Positions 47,320 through 60,807 of a stretch of 64,000 nucleotides of DNA are shown one piece after another. The position numbers were made by a program, and so were the translations under genes. A model generated the notes under the pieces. That model saw only the letters and a list, made by a program, of their open reading frames with translations, searched no databases and had not been told where the DNA came from. The stretch is from Macrostomum hystrix (taxonomy: Eukaryota > Animalia > Platyhelminthes). The stretch is taken from assembly GCA_950097015.1 (NCBI GenBank), contig CATNEN010000001.1, forward strand, positions 9,920,001-9,984,000, in the 5' to 3' direction. The first letter of the stretch is position 1; each line of letters starts with the position of its first letter.

Positions 47320-48523
47320 CATCTCAATGGGCAAAAGCTATTGAAAATTTGAATGGGATCAATGGCAGAAATGAGTGCTTCTTGTAGGCGGTAATATCCC
47401 TCAACCTAATATATTGAGGTCACACAATCACAGATATCGCTCCAATTTTACTTTCATATTTTTCTGTCCAGATTGCATGCAGGTAGTTTATTTGCTTCTT
47501 TATTAACTTCACTTCTGTAATTGACTTGCTAAATCTTTAATACTGTCTCAAGAGTGCACAAATTAAAATAAAGCATTAAAAAACGAAGTAAATATCTGTT
47601 TTACTTTTCTTTTCTGTATACTTTGGTGTAATCATTTTTGCTGCTTCAAAAAACCGAACAATTAAATAAAAGCACACAAATCTTTATATTAAACAATAAA
47701 ATCAAGTTGCATTTTATGCTAACTAAAGCGGTATAAAAATCACCTGTTTGATTTATTGTTGAACGGAAAGAGATACTGCTTGATTTGAGCTTTTGAAAGT
47801 GAAAGGTGCACCACAATGCTATAGAATGCAGCCTAAATTTATGTTGCTGAAAGGCTATATACTCGTATTATCAGGATAAAGTAAGATTTATATTACATAA
47901 CAGCAGTAATATCCTAGAGCTTCGTTTGCATTTCTTTTGAGGGTCAATGCACACACAAGCGATGCGTTGAATGTACTTTTTTAATTACAATTAAAAAACT
48001 TGCATTCTTAACATAGCTCGTACATTGTGTTTCAACGCGCACTAGCTATGGTATGACGTCACTCTATTTGGGGTGTAAAGAATTCCGAGTGACAAATGTA
48101 CACCCAATAGAACAGGTTCGGATGGTTTGGGGGTAGAGAATCTGACTGAGTGTACAAATGTACATTCAGAACGAAGGTTTCGGTATGTTTAAAGATTGTA
48201 ACATAATTGAGTATTCGAATATGCGGAAAACACAATTTATTGACTTGATCACTCAGCACGTCTACCTATAAAAATAATGTATACTTATACAATTTTACGA
48301 TTCGAAAGTACGAGAACAATCGGAAAACAAACTGAAAATCTGCCTTATAATCTACTTAACAGGCAGGCGATGAACAAATGAGTCTAAAAAATCTGCTTTC
48401 TCAAAGTACAAGCTCACTCACCTGTCGACTGCTAAAAAACAAAGCTCCTAATTCTTGTGCAGGACTAGATTCCAACTTGAGACCACTATTCAGAACGTGC
48501 ATTTAACTCCGTAAAATTAGTTT

Positions 48524-49987
48524 TTACTTTTCGGTCGAGGCCTGCAGCAGCTTGATGCGATACGGCCGGGCAATATCTCGCCGGCGCAGCATCTTGCGCA
48601 TCCTTTCGATGTCGCCACCGGCAACGGAGTCGAACCAGCGCAGGTCTAGATCGCGGCATAGTCCATGGAATCTCTGGAATACCTCGGCGCAGCCGTGCTT
48701 GCCAAGCCGAGTGCTGGGCTCGAAGGACAGCAGGTTGTAAAGAAGATTCTTCAGCTTCTGATTCACTTTTGGCCGGTCGTCCACTTTGGGTCGCACGTTG
48801 GCTCGCCAGAGTTTGAGAAAAGACCGTTTTAAATGTTTCTCATTAGCTGCGGTCCCTGAGGACGAGCTCCCGTTGGCTGGAGCGGTGCCCGCTGCAGCGA
48901 TGGCAGCGGGTGATTCCAGAATCTTCGCCCGATGCTCCTCGAACGGCAGGCGGCCGTAGACCATGTGAAACATGAGCGCGCCCAGGCTGTACCAGTCAGT
49001 CGAGTGGTCCACCATGCGGCTGCCCTCCTCCAGCTGCTCAGGCGGAACCCAACGGATCGAAGCGAACACAGCCACGGAGCAGCGGCTGCCCCAGTAGTAG
49101 TAGGGGTTCTCTATCGCTTTTCCCAGTGCGCAGGCCTTGGCCAAACCGAAGTCGCCCAGTTTGACGTCACCAGCTTCGTCAATCAGAACGTTGTCAATCT
49201 TTAGGTCGAAATGAATGAAGCCACTTTCGTGAAGATAGCTAAGTGCTTCCGCAACCTGCAAGGATAGGTAGGTCACGTAGGTCTGCAGGTTGACGGCCTC
49301 GCGGTGTCGCTCGTCACTTCCCGCGATGTGATCCAGCAGGTTCATCGCATCGCCAACAGCGTAGTACTCGTAGACCTCGAATGGTCGATCTGTTGTGGTC
49401 AGAGCGTATTTAGAATCCAACAGTTTGGCGATGAACGGATGATCGCAGTGATAGATATGGGAGATGCTTTTAACAATATCCATGGATTCCAAGTTGCGGC
49501 AGTGCAAGTCCAGCGACTCGGATTGATGCGGCTCGGCGCTGACGTGCTTCTTAATCTGCTTGACCACCACGGATCGTCCTGGCTGCAGCGCCTGCAGCTG
49601 CCGATCCTCCGTGTTCTCCTCGAGGCCACGGCCCAGACGCTTGGAGATTTCAATCAGAGCCAGATGAGTTGTGCCAAATGAGCCTTCGCCGATTCGGGCG
49701 TACAGGCGGTAAGTGGCACTGGCGGTCTCCAGAACCGCCAGCTGCCCATCTACCGTGGCGTCGTTGTTATCTTTACCGTTGCGAATGTGCTTGGCACATT
49801 GGGGTATTTCAAATACCTGCTGCGACAGCTGCTGAGATCCTGATGACTGCTGCTGCTGCTGCTGAGATGCCTGTCTCGAACTGCTGCTTGAACGTGATCC
49901 GCTGCTGCCACTGGGCACTCGGAGCTGATTGTGATGGCTCTGATGATGCTGGCTGGAGGCACTGCGTGACTGGTGGGGCTGCAGCAT
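48524..49987 (-). CDS. Divergent Ser/Thr protein kinase (AGC-like), single coding exon
   Basis: IGEGSFG, VVVK, DHPFIAKL, IHFDLKIDNVLID..G.VKLGDFGLAK, WVPPE, DWYSLG, GRLPF, LL...P.TRLG. Confidence 0.9.
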   Translation of the reverse strand: MLQPHQSRSASSQHHQSHHNQLRVPSGSSGSRSSSSSRQASQQQQQQSSGSQQLSQQVFEIPQCAKHIRNGKDNNDATVDGQLAVLETASATYRLYARIGEGSFGTTHLALIEISKRLGRGLEENTEDRQLQALQPGRSVVVKQIKKHVSAEPHQSESLDLHCRNLESMDIVKSISHIYHCDHPFIAKLLDSKYALTTTDRPFEVYEYYAVGDAMNLLDHIAGSDERHREAVNLQTYVTYLSLQVAEALSYLHESGFIHFDLKIDNVLIDEAGDVKLGDFGLAKACALGKAIENPYYYWGSRCSVAVFASIRWVPPEQLEEGSRMVDHSTDWYSLGALMFHMVYGRLPFEEHRAKILESPAAIAAAGTAPANGSSSSGTAANEKHLKRSFLKLWRANVRPKVDDRPKVNQKLKNLLYNLLSFEPSTRLGKHGCAEVFQRFHGLCRDLDLRWFDSVAGGDIERMRKMLRRRDIARPYRIKLLQASTEK

Positions 49988-50954
49988 GGTCTGCCAACTA
50001 GCTGTCTGCTGAGAAGCGTCCTTGCGAACTGTCTATAAAAAATTGCACTTCTAAAGACTTCAATACAATAAGGCCGTCCTGCCCATCAAGCTAGTTTTTG
50101 TTTCTTTAACACGTCTCAGTCTTAGCTGTCCTTGCTAGTTGCTGCGACTAAATAGTTTCAATGGACGGGCTCGCGTATTCCTGCTGAGCTCATCTATGTA
50201 AATTGTTGAGCGTCTCCAGCGGAGGTTTCTGACTGACAGACTCTATCTCCATGCAGAGGAGGCAATGAGAATTAGGGGAGAGAGAAAATACTAAACTAGA
50301 TAACGAAGCGTATGGCAACAGAAACACGAGCAGTGGAGAAGACGAATAGATAGCACAGCCAGACGCAATGATAATCTGCGGCGGTTCATTTGTTTGCAAT
50401 GAGCTATTCGATTGCAGTCTATCTTACAGTTGGAGCATCATTTTCAGCCCTCGCCTCACCTCTTCTCATCACCGGGCAGTCTGTAATTCTATCTCTTCTT
50501 TTATTTTATTTTTTGTTCGCCGACCCCTAATACGGTGCTCAGAAAAATGCAGGTGAGGCTATATAGTTTGGGAGCTCTTGAGAATAGAAGAGAAGAATTG
50601 AAGGTCTGGGGAGGGCTTAAGTAGACAACCCAGTGCCAGTGTCCATCTAATTATCGAATTCTAATGCTTGGACAATATTTCGAATTCTCGTAGTTCTTAC
50701 TATATAGTGTTTTTCTTCAGTGCTGAGTCTGACACTATTAATTGCTTATACCGTTGACATCACAGTTCCGTGCGATTATGATTTGAGTACAAACAGTGCT
50801 TCAAGAATAATAAATTATTTCTTAGTTTTATTTTTGTCTAATAAATCTACGTTTAGATACGATAAGTAGCTTCAAATATAGTAGATAGAAAGAGTCAGTA
50901 AGACAGAAAGATAGTAGATTATGGAACATTGCAGATTGCGAATTAAAAAAAATT

Positions 50955-51248
50955 ATTTTTGCGGGGGGTGTACACAATGGCACAGCATTTGGTGACACTA
51001 GACCCGCAGCCAGCGAGGAGGCAATTCTGCCCATTTCGCTGACTCCTGAGCACACTACCCACACTCACACAGGTGTGTACATCTGCCCTGAATTTATCAT
51101 TGTCAGGCAGTGTACACTCTCACTGTGCCTTGGAGGTTGGCCCTCAAGGGCGTAAATTGCACGACAAATAAATGTGGCCTCGCCGCGGAATCGAGCTCAG
51201 GGACATTCTTGCGAAGGCAAACGCGTTAACTACTCTGCCAATCACCCC
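50955..51248 (-). mobile_element. SINE family A copy
   Basis: Near-identical blocks to 43432-43780. Confidence 0.88.
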
Positions 51249-52026
51249 GTTAGATTTTCGGGTTGGTGTGGAGTAGATGATAAGAATGCAGAGAGTACAT
51301 TAGTGAAGTTTATAGTAGTAGTAGAGAGTAAGATCATTGATAGCACAGCTAAGTAAACCAAGTTCGAGTACAATGCAGCTCGTAAAACAACCCTAACAGC
51401 AACGAGTGATAGATTTTACGGAAAATTAAATACAAACATATATTTATTAAAACATCTTCTTCAGCTCATTGTTTGTCTTAAAAACAAACAGAGACAAAAT
51501 ATTTGTACAAAATTAATAATTGATAAATCATAAATCATTACAGTCGAATAATCATCTCAAGCAATACACGAACGTGGAGTGCTCTGGAAAGTAGTTGTGA
51601 TTAAAAAAAGGAATTATCAGCACGAAACGCAAGTCAAATTAAGTTACGAGTTTTTGCTTTAAACTGAAAGTTGAAAAAATTAAATATAGTTCAATTTCAT
51701 GCGGATCGAGTTTAAGAATTTCTAGAAAAAAATGTTCGCGTAAGGTGGAAAATATCTTGTCGTAATAATAAGTTGCTTCGAAATAGACAACCATGCTTAC
51801 TGACTGTATAAGTAGTACATTTATGTTAATCAAACCGAAAAAATAGAGATTTCGTCATTTGAATGCGAATTATTTTTGGGGCCATTGTTTCATGTCTAGA
51901 AAACGGAAGCAGAACACTTGAAAAAAGAAAGTCTTGATTTGCAAAATATATGCTGAAAACTAAATCATACTGTTCGCCAGTTTTTACACAAATTTCTCCT
52001 ATGCCGTCACCAAGCTGTGATCGACT

Positions 52027-53631
52027 TCAAGCATTGCCACCAGCGCCACCAGCAGATTTTCCGCCTCCGACCAGCTCCAGGATGCAGAACACGCCAGAAA
52101 TGATGGCGCAAATCGACGAATAAGCTAATCGATCCGAGAAGTTCGTTGTCTGGCCAATGCCCAGGCAGATTATGGCGCTGAAACCTAGATTTATGGAATT
52201 TTGTAGCGGGTCAGCTAAATACGAGTGACACATACTGCAGTTGGACCTCATGTACAGCCAGTGTACATCAGCAGCTAGTACAATGTGCCACCGGAATTTC
52301 AACACTAAATAAATCCTGCAAACGATTCTACAGATGGGCGAACAGAAACTATTTGGAATCAGGCGTCTCACCCAATGATTCCAACTGTTCCCTCAATCTC
52401 TATTTCGATCAGAAGTCTACAACCTCCATGGGACTGAACATGGCTTGAATTTTTGTAGTAAGAGAATATCTACCGTGCTAGCATTCCAGATCCTACAATG
52501 TTCTACACAGTCTTTAAAAATGAATCACCTCGTTAGAGAAAAGTGACTTTTGTTAACAAATTTGAACTCAATTCACGCAGCTATGTCCCTCAAACTCTGG
52601 TCAGATGATTTGCACTTCTTGCTCAACCCTCATGAGCACATTCTACGGGAAGTCTAGCCATTGCCACCTTGGCTCAACTCGGGGAGTCACTTGGACTGGG
52701 AATCGGCGAGCTAGTTTTGCAAGAAGGCACTGTCAACATGATCACATTTACTGACTGGCTGCAACAGCAGGAATAGTTACTGGTATTAGGCCAGTAACAT
52801 TTATGATTGTCCAGTCATCTATTGACCTTGAAAAATAAATTAAATTTGCAGGACAGGTGTGGACACTGGCACATCGCTTAGTGACAGTAGAACCACAGCC
52901 AGCCAATTCTGCCCTTTTGGCTGACTCCTGAACACACACACACACACAGATACTGTACGCAGGCATACGCTCACACAGGTGTGTACACTCTCCTTGTGTA
53001 CACTGTGCCTTGGAGGTTGGCCCTTAACGGCGTAAATTGCACGAAAAGCCCCCAATTAGCCTTCGCTCCGCGGCTGCGCCCCAAATGAATGTGGCCTCGC
53101 CGCGGAATCGAGCTCAGGGACCTCGGTACGAGAGGCAAGTGCGTTAACCGCTCTACCACTCACCCCCTCATCAATTGACCTTTAAGTGACCTAAAGTTTG
53201 AGCCCGAAGCTCAACTTGTTTATTGGCGACTTGATGTCCTATTAAGCGCTGTTGATGTTTTCGCATGAGCTATTTTTAAACTACCAACCGGTGATTCGTT
53301 GTTTGGGAAGGCAGTGGAGTATACTAATGTTTGTTGGATACTGTACCATAACTACAAATAAAAACTCACCAGCAATGAAGGCCATCACCAAATCCACAAT
53401 GAGCACTATCTTATTTCCTGCTGTTTCGTCCACAAACAGGTAGAGAAAGGTGAGCAGCACTGCACAGAAATAGGTGACAATGCCGATGATGAGGAAGGCT
53501 AACAGGGCGTAGAAGGCGTCTAAATTGGTCGTCAGACTGTAGCCAGAGCCTGCCGCTAGCCAGACAACGAACCCAATGGTGATCAACGCCCATGTACACT
53601 TCATCCACACCGAGCCATTGTTGAAAGCCAT
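52027..53631 (-). CDS. Small four-transmembrane protein (139 aa); exons 53631-53370, 52184-52027
   Basis: Four hydrophobic segments. Donor G|GTGAGT and acceptor CTAG|GT (phase 1) join into ...MAFIAGFSAIICLGIG...; claudin/PMP22-like topology but very short loops. Confidence 0.7.
52905..53170 (-). mobile_element. SINE family A copy in intron of the 4-TM gene
   Basis: Head GGGTGAGTGGTAGAGCGGTTAACGC...GAGCTCGATTCCGCGG and body match the other copies; tail diverged. Confidence 0.85.
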
Positions 53632-55147
53632 GCCAGATTGTCGATGAATGAAGATTTGCTGTCTCTGGTTTGTCTAATCAGACAGATAATTTAGTTTCAC
53701 ATTAATATAATTTCTGGCTTAAAGTTTTATCCAACCACAACACCCGTCTCTCTGCCTCCACCTCTCCCGTCTCTCCTCGTCTCTTGTGCACATTCCAGAG
53801 AAACGTTTACTGTTGTCATGACATTTCTAAATAACCAATCCACTTCACCTCACCTACGCAAACACAGGCCGAAGTCTAGGAAGAAATTGTAGGGAAAAAT
53901 ACAGTCCACCTCACAAACTCCCCGACCATTTCCCAGGTTCGTCTGTACTAGAAATTTTGTAGAGGCCAGAAAAGACAGACGGTTGCGACAGAAAAATCAG
54001 CCCGTCACGCTATCTGGATCTAGATAAACAACAACAACAGCTGCCTCTGAAAGTTGATTGCCCCAGCGTCAGACACTGAGCAGGCATTGGGTGGAGAGGA
54101 GAGGAGAAGAGAATAGAAGAAAGGGGATGGAGGCCGAGGCAGTCATTGGGTGGAAGACGACAATCGAGACGTCCATGGTTGAATGGAGACTTTTTGAGGG
54201 ACAGAAATTTTCTTACCAATGGATTGAAATGCCGTCTCTCTATGCTTCTAGAAGACAGAGGGTTTGCTTTTTCTATTATGTATTTGCTTTGTAGCAGCTA
54301 TTTTTAGAAACCTGGCAAATCCATGTGAAGCGCAATGAAGAAGAGAAAACACGCCGCATAATGAATTCAGTTTGTTATTTCGTTGTTTTTCAATTGAACC
54401 GACCCACCCACATTGTACGACTAAAGCTTAGCTGACACTGAAGCTTACTTGTATAGACGAAGAGAAAAATGATGAAATGGAGAGAGAAAAACTGGGAGAT
54501 AGACGGATGCAGTAAGAAAAAATCTGATTTTTAATGACGGAGTTGAAGTGAATAATCAAAATATTTAGTGCAGATATTTGTGAATGGTTAGCGAGAAAAT
54601 CTGAGTGACTGTGGCTCGTATACATGTTTACAATGAGCGACCAACTACTATCTCGCTGTGTACACAAGCACTGGAATTATTGGGTCAGAAAACAAAAAGA
54701 GGTAAAAAGCAAATTTTACCATATTGTTGACTGAAGGAAAATCTCTGCGGGTAGTTCGTCTCTCTCAGCACGAGCCTTAATTCTACCCACCCACCCACAG
54801 CAGAGCTATACATATTGCTGAGAGACTGATCTTTTTGCCATTTTTTGTTCTTCTTTTAGGCAAATACAAAATTTCTTCTCTATATGTTCTGCTTGCCAAA
54901 CCGAAACGGTCGTGCTTAAATTCTGATTTCGGGTCGACTTGGGCTTTGCGCTTCGAGTCTTTTAAAAATAGCGTCTGGACTCGAGCGCATGAGCGTATTT
55001 GTGTTCTATCGTGTCTTGAAACTGCGCTTTCGCGCCAATTCGAACTGGAATTTTATTATATAATTTTCGAACTTAGTTTGAACACCATTAAAGCAGTGTT
55101 TGAGCATCAGTTTGAATTTAGCTGTAGTGACGTTTCAAACATATATA

Positions 55148-55540
55148 CCAGTGTTTAGCAATGTTTGAACCAGTGGTTTAGCGACGTTTGAACCAGTTGT
55201 TTAGCGACGTTTGAACCAGTTGTTTAGCGACGTTTGAACCAGTTGTTTAGCGACGTTTGAACCAGTGGTTTAGCGACGCTTGAACCAATGGTTTAGCGAC
55301 GTTGAACTATTAGTTTCGCGACGGTTCAACCAGTGGTTTAGCGACGTTTAAACCTGTTGTTTAGCGACGCTTGAACCAATGGTTTAGCGACGTTGAACTA
55401 TTAGTTTCGCGACGTTTCAACCAGTGGTTTTAGCGACGTTTGAACCAGTGGTTTAGCGACGTTGAACTATTAGTTTAGCGACGTTTCAACCAGTTGTTTA
55501 GCAACGTTTGAAACAGTTCTTTAGCAACGTTTGAACCAGT
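55148..55540. repeat. ~23-bp minisatellite
   Basis: TTTAGCGACGTTTGAACCAGTGG variants, about 16 copies. Confidence 0.9.
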
Positions 55541-57513
55541 TTTAAGAACTTTTATAAGCATCCTTTCATTTCTTAGCGACGCCAGGCTTTTAATTTTGTT
55601 TTTTAATGGCTTGGTAAATTTACGAGCTAAATCTACGAGAGGCTCAATAGATTCTCTCAATTTGTACTTTCAACAAAGTCCGCTTTTAAAGAAAAGTCAT
55701 TCTCTTCGAATGTTTTGTTTAGATAATTTCCTACTATAAATTATACCTTTTACTTAGATGCTCAAGGTCAGTGGATTAAGCATTCTTCCCGCAACACACT
55801 ACTAATTGCGGGCTATAAGTAGTGTGGTAGTATGTTTATTACTTCCAATTCAATTCTTTTTTAATTCAATGGAATCTACTAACAATGAAGTAGTTAATGA
55901 GCTGAATTAAAGAAGATAGCTTACGGGTTTTAGGATTTAATAAAGTTCATTGGCTCGCACAGAGAATGCGGCTCGAGGGCTGCGGAAATTTAGCTTCCTG
56001 TTTTGTACCCTATAACAATCACTATAGTAGCTGCACAATAGACTGGTACGAAGTTTAAAAATCTGCAATCTGACACAGCAGACCAAGCCTTAATGAAAAA
56101 CTTTACTGCGATTTTTTTTTCGAATGAACTCACTATCTTGTATGACAGTGACTGTGGGTGTTAGGTTTAATGCCTAGAACCAAGAGGTGATTGATTTGAA
56201 TGTAATAAGATCCTCAAAACGGATGCTTGATTTTCTACCCTAACAATCAATTTAGAAGGTAGAAGTGCTGGTTTAGGAGAATAGGAAGAGGTGGACAAGA
56301 AATGGAAGACTGCAGAGGGAGGGATGGAAGAAGGGAAACGAAAAAATAGGAGAGATGGAAGAAGGGAGGAAATGGAAGAAAGGGGGAGATGGAAGAAGGG
56401 GAGATGAGAGACAGGAGAAGTAGTGCGATGTGAGAAGCAAGATACACTCTATAAAGAAAATAGTGAAGCACGGCTAATCATTGTGAATGAAATATGAAAT
56501 CACAATGAGCCAGCCAGACCCAGTCAGCATATTATTATCCTCCCTAGCTTTTAAGGCTTCAAAACCGGCAGGGATTATTGTTGGCAGCTTTAATTATACC
56601 CAAATTCATTCGTTTAGCGAGTTGAATCTCGATTCGGATAAACAATAGATCACTGAGAAATGAGGCAAAAGGTAATTTTAATGGTTTCTATATTTGGCTT
56701 GCTTAAGCGTCAGACTAGAATTAGCATTGAATTTAACTAATAGGTTTTTGCTTTTTCATTTATCCAAGAGATGTTTCTAATAATACACGTGTAGATACTG
56801 AATTAGCTTAGAAACGTTCAAGGATGGATTAGCATTCAATTCTTACCCTAAGCAATTGATTTTAGTCCAAAACATTCTAAAAGTACATCTTCCATGGGCA
56901 TGCTCTGAACAAGACCAGCTTCATCTCAAGCATGTTTGCCCCAATAGCCCTGCAATCTGCAAATCAAAACAAGCCAAAGCAGGCGGGATCACAGGAGCAG
57001 GAAGTGAGCGGCTTGTCCAGCTTCCTCAGCGAAGCTGTTTTGCAACCGCCTGGCACAGTATTGGTTCTCAGAGCCAATCACGAAAGCGCTGGAGCTTGCT
57101 TCCGTTTCAATTTCTAAAGGGCTTGGGGTTGTTCGGAAGTCGAGGTAGATTTGGATTGGGACTGAATACGGTGACAGTGCGCTGAAGGCGCACTTGAAAT
57201 TGCATTTTTTCTAGCTCATTGTATGATTTCCCCCCACGACTGGCGCTCAGGAGAGAAATAGTTTGGAGAAGCGGCACATGAGATTAAATGAGCTCATGAA
57301 AAACTGACTCGCACTCGCCATACCACTGCATCCATAGGACTCAAGTAGTAATAGATTGAGTGCTTTATCGTGCTCTGAGCAAACATTTTCTTTGTTTAAC
57401 AGAGCCGAACTAACTTCGACCCAGACGAACTATTGGCCAGGTCTTGCCCACGGTTTTTATATTGGATTTCTGAAGCGATTGTAAGCGTCAGGCAAACCGC
57501 CAGAGGTCTGCTC

Positions 57514-60045
57514 ATGCCGATCCCCCCAAAGCCGCCAGCGCTGCAGGTGACAGCGGTCACTCATCATTCCCTCGAGCTGTCTTGGGAGTCGCTGCACACC
57601 AAACTGTCCGGCGTGCTCACACCGGCCGACGGAAAACTCAAAGCTGAGGTTTAGCCTTTGAATGCTGATTTCGATTCTCAATAGTCACTTTTGTTCGTTA
57701 GCCAGTGAAATTTTTACTGTTATTCCGAAGTGAACTAACAGGATATTGCTCATTAGCCAAAGCAAAGGATAGATCAACTAGACTAGAGTAAGTGCTAAAA
57801 CAGCTCAGGGGCCCATATTAGGAGCTTCAAGGGCCGCATCTGGCCCGTGGGCCGGTTCCTGGACTACAAAGCACTAACCACTGGGCCATCGCGTTTCAGG
57901 TTCAAGTAAAAAAGTTCGAGCAACAATCGGACGAGCCGTCCACCTGGGACTTGGCCTACAAAGGCTACGACACTCGCTGCAGCGTTACAGGCCTGTCAGA
58001 TAGTCAGGCCTACTATCTGCGCTTTCGCTTCGGTGTAGAATCTGGCTGGAGCGAGTTCTCAACGCCGCAAGCCGTGAAGACAGCCAGGCGACTCTACACT
58101 GGCGAGGATCTGCATCGCCTAGTGCGACTGGATAAGGGCCCGGAGCTGCAGCGCGTGTTGGACACCGGCGAAGCCAATCCGAACGCGCCAGACGACAAAG
58201 GCTTCAGCCCGCTGATGCAGGCCGCGCTGGCGGGCAAAGGCAAGTTCTGCGCGATGCTGCTGGACCACGGAGCCGAAGTGGACTGGTGCGGAGAGAACGG
58301 TGAGGCTGCAGTCTGGACCAAACACTGGCCAAATATAACCACGAAGGTTACTGAATCCTTTAACATCTTGCTTTGTCATCTCCTATCTTGAATTTATCTG
58401 CATAGGCCCTCGAGTGTAAGTTGCAGAGCCCCGCTTTGTGCGGCCTGCTCTCGTCTCCACTTGCCGTCTGCTGTTGTCTCTGGTTGTCAGGTTTGCCAAC
58501 CTGGGATAAATTGTCTGATTTCTATCCGTCTTTTTTCTCCTAAGTCTATTCTCTCGTATGCCTAGCCGCGTCAGATTCGTCAATCTCTCGACATTGGGTC
58601 TATATTAAGGTTAGAAAACATGGACACATATTGTATGGCACCGGAGGATGCAGTGACTGGTATAGGAGCCATGGCCTGGGAGGGTCATAGTGAAGGCCCG
58701 GATGTAATTCCGGGTTTGGTTCAGAAGGACCTTCCGGAGCCGGGACTGCAACTCTGGATTGGCAGCTCGTGGCGTCCCTCCATCGGGTTTGATAGATAAG
58801 TTGGTGCTCCAGTATTTTATCTAACAGAACTGATTTTTGCGTCACTTTTGCGTTACAGGCAAGACAGCGCTCATGCTGGTGGCCTACCGAGGCGTGCTCC
58901 CCAGCCTGCGCCAGCTGCTGGACAGAGGCGCCAGTCGTCGACGACGAGATCGCAAAGGCTCCACAGCGTTGCACTACGCGGTTGACGGCGAGAAACTCGA
59001 TGCCATCAGCCTGCTGTTGACTTATCAGCGAGAAATCAACCCGCTGGAGGAGCCTACAGCTGACGAGGAGGCGAAGCGAGACGCACCTCGCACTGAAGAT
59101 GTGACAGCAGCTGAACTGCTCGCAGCCAGAGACGGCAGCGGCTGTTGCGCGATCATTCGTTGCGCAATGCTGAAGAACAATGGCAACCCGGATGTGACCA
59201 AGGCGCTACTGACTGCCGGAGCCGATGCCGACGCAATCGATGATCAGGTAACACGCGGTGTTATTATGTTAAATTTTCATTTTATTCCCGTATATATGCA
59301 CGTACGGCATCAACTTAAAAACGGTACACGTGTACTTTCATGATCACAGAATTTTGGGTTATTAAAGGTGAAGAGAAAAAACTAACCCAGTTGAGCTATT
59401 ATAGTTTAGCACAACTAGTGACACAGCTGCAGCAGCTATTGTGCTTGCCTTGTAAGGCTTGCGTACAAGCTACTTGTTCAGTCTATGGACTGAGGAAACG
59501 CCACACACTGCGGCTTCCTCCGTCTGACACGCATTTTACAGAGAATTCGAAAGTGGACATTGCCGCAAGATGAGAATTAGTCAGATGTGTGAGTGCGTGC
59601 CTGCATACAGTATCTGCGTGCATGTGTCCTCTGGAGTCAGCGGAATGTGCAGAATTGCATCCTCGCTGGCTGCGGGTCTACTGTCACCAAATGAAGTACT
59701 ATCACCCGCAGCCCTCTAGCAAATATTCAAAATATTTTACTATTATATACAGTATGAATTAGTGCATTAAGTTTCAAGTAAATCAGTGGTGTGAACATTC
59801 TCATTCGCGTCATTCCCCTTTGACTGCACCAGGGTCAGACGGCCCTGTTCTATTGCGCAATGCATCGCCACCTGCGCATGGCGGAGCTGCTGCTTGACGC
59901 CGGAGCAGACCCCGGCAGGCCCAATGCAAAGGGCGTGACGCCGGCAGCCGTGGCTGAGGCGCAGGAGAGCGCAGCGATGCGGTCGCTGCTAGCTAGACGA
60001 GCTGCAGCTGTTGCTACTACAAGTAGTCCATCAGCAGTCAACTGA
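57514..60045 (+). CDS. FANK1: Fibronectin type III and ankyrin repeat protein; exons 57514-57648, 57900-58299, 58859-59247, 59833-60045 (true start may be upstream, frame open from acceptor at 57403)
   Basis: PPKPP...VTHHSLELSW matches the FANK1 FN3 start; YKGY...V.GL...Y..R. Ankyrin repeats GFSPLMQAA, GKTALMLVA, GSTALHYAVDG, GQTALFYCA. Introns are GT-AG and phase-compatible. Confidence 0.9.
59585..59727 (+). mobile_element. SINE family A 3' fragment in FANK1 intron
   Basis: GCAGAATTGCATCCTCGCTGGCTGCGGGTCTACTGTCACCAAATG...CCGCAGCCCTC matches the family tail. Confidence 0.8.
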
Positions 60046-60690
60046 GTTTTGTAGCCTAATTTTTTAGAGACCGTCTAACTGACCACTTGACAATAGATCG
60101 AAGGATAACGTAAATTTAATGACGTAATACAAACAGTTTTGCCTTGGATAGGTAGCGAAAAAGCAGCCCGATCTCGTCTAGAAACTTTGGTTCCCTGGAA
60201 TTGAGAAAATCCACATGTACAAGTATTTAAAATCCTAATGTCCATGAAATATATACTCGAAATTTGTGTGCAACAATAACAAAAAGTCAGACATTGAAGT
60301 ATAGCTCTCAAAATACATGTCTTTATTTTGCACTGAAATAACGATGAAACTTTATTGTGCCTGAGCGAGTGTGTATTTAAAAAATCAAGGCTGGATAACT
60401 ATCGCGCTGTTTTTTTAGTAAAAACATTTTCTTGTCATTTTTACTTGGCGTGGTTAAGATGTGGACATAAAAAATTCAAAATGACGCTTGAATTTAACGA
60501 GGTAAAAAGAGGTTCAAAAAAGAAAATTATTTTTTCACTGAATATTTTAGCTATAAGAAATTTTCACAAAATCTAAATTTTTAATTTCATCTGTTAGACT
60601 TCTTCGGGCTTGTGGAAATAAAAGAAAACTGAAGTCGAAGATCGCGAGATAGAGCATATTCGCTGCCATGCGTGTTGCAGCACACGAAAA

Positions 60691-60807
60691 TGACGGCGGT
60701 GGAATGAATTTCAGACAGCGGGCGCCCGTCTTAGCTGACGGCCAGCTCGATTGGAGACTGGTTTTTCACGCCACAGACTGTCGTCATGCGTCCTGGTCAC
60801 ACCGTCA
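60691..60807 (-). promoter_or_regulatory. Candidate SECIS element (atypical) in the selenoprotein 3' UTR
   Basis: Minus strand: UGACGGUG/CGCCGUCA helix I; core AUGAC (60787-60783)...UGAA (60713-60710); GACAG/CUGUC and GGCG/CGCC helix II; unpaired AAAAA (60766-60762). GC-rich island in an AT-rich UTR, upstream of AATAAA signals at ~60325 and ~60353. Confidence 0.65.
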
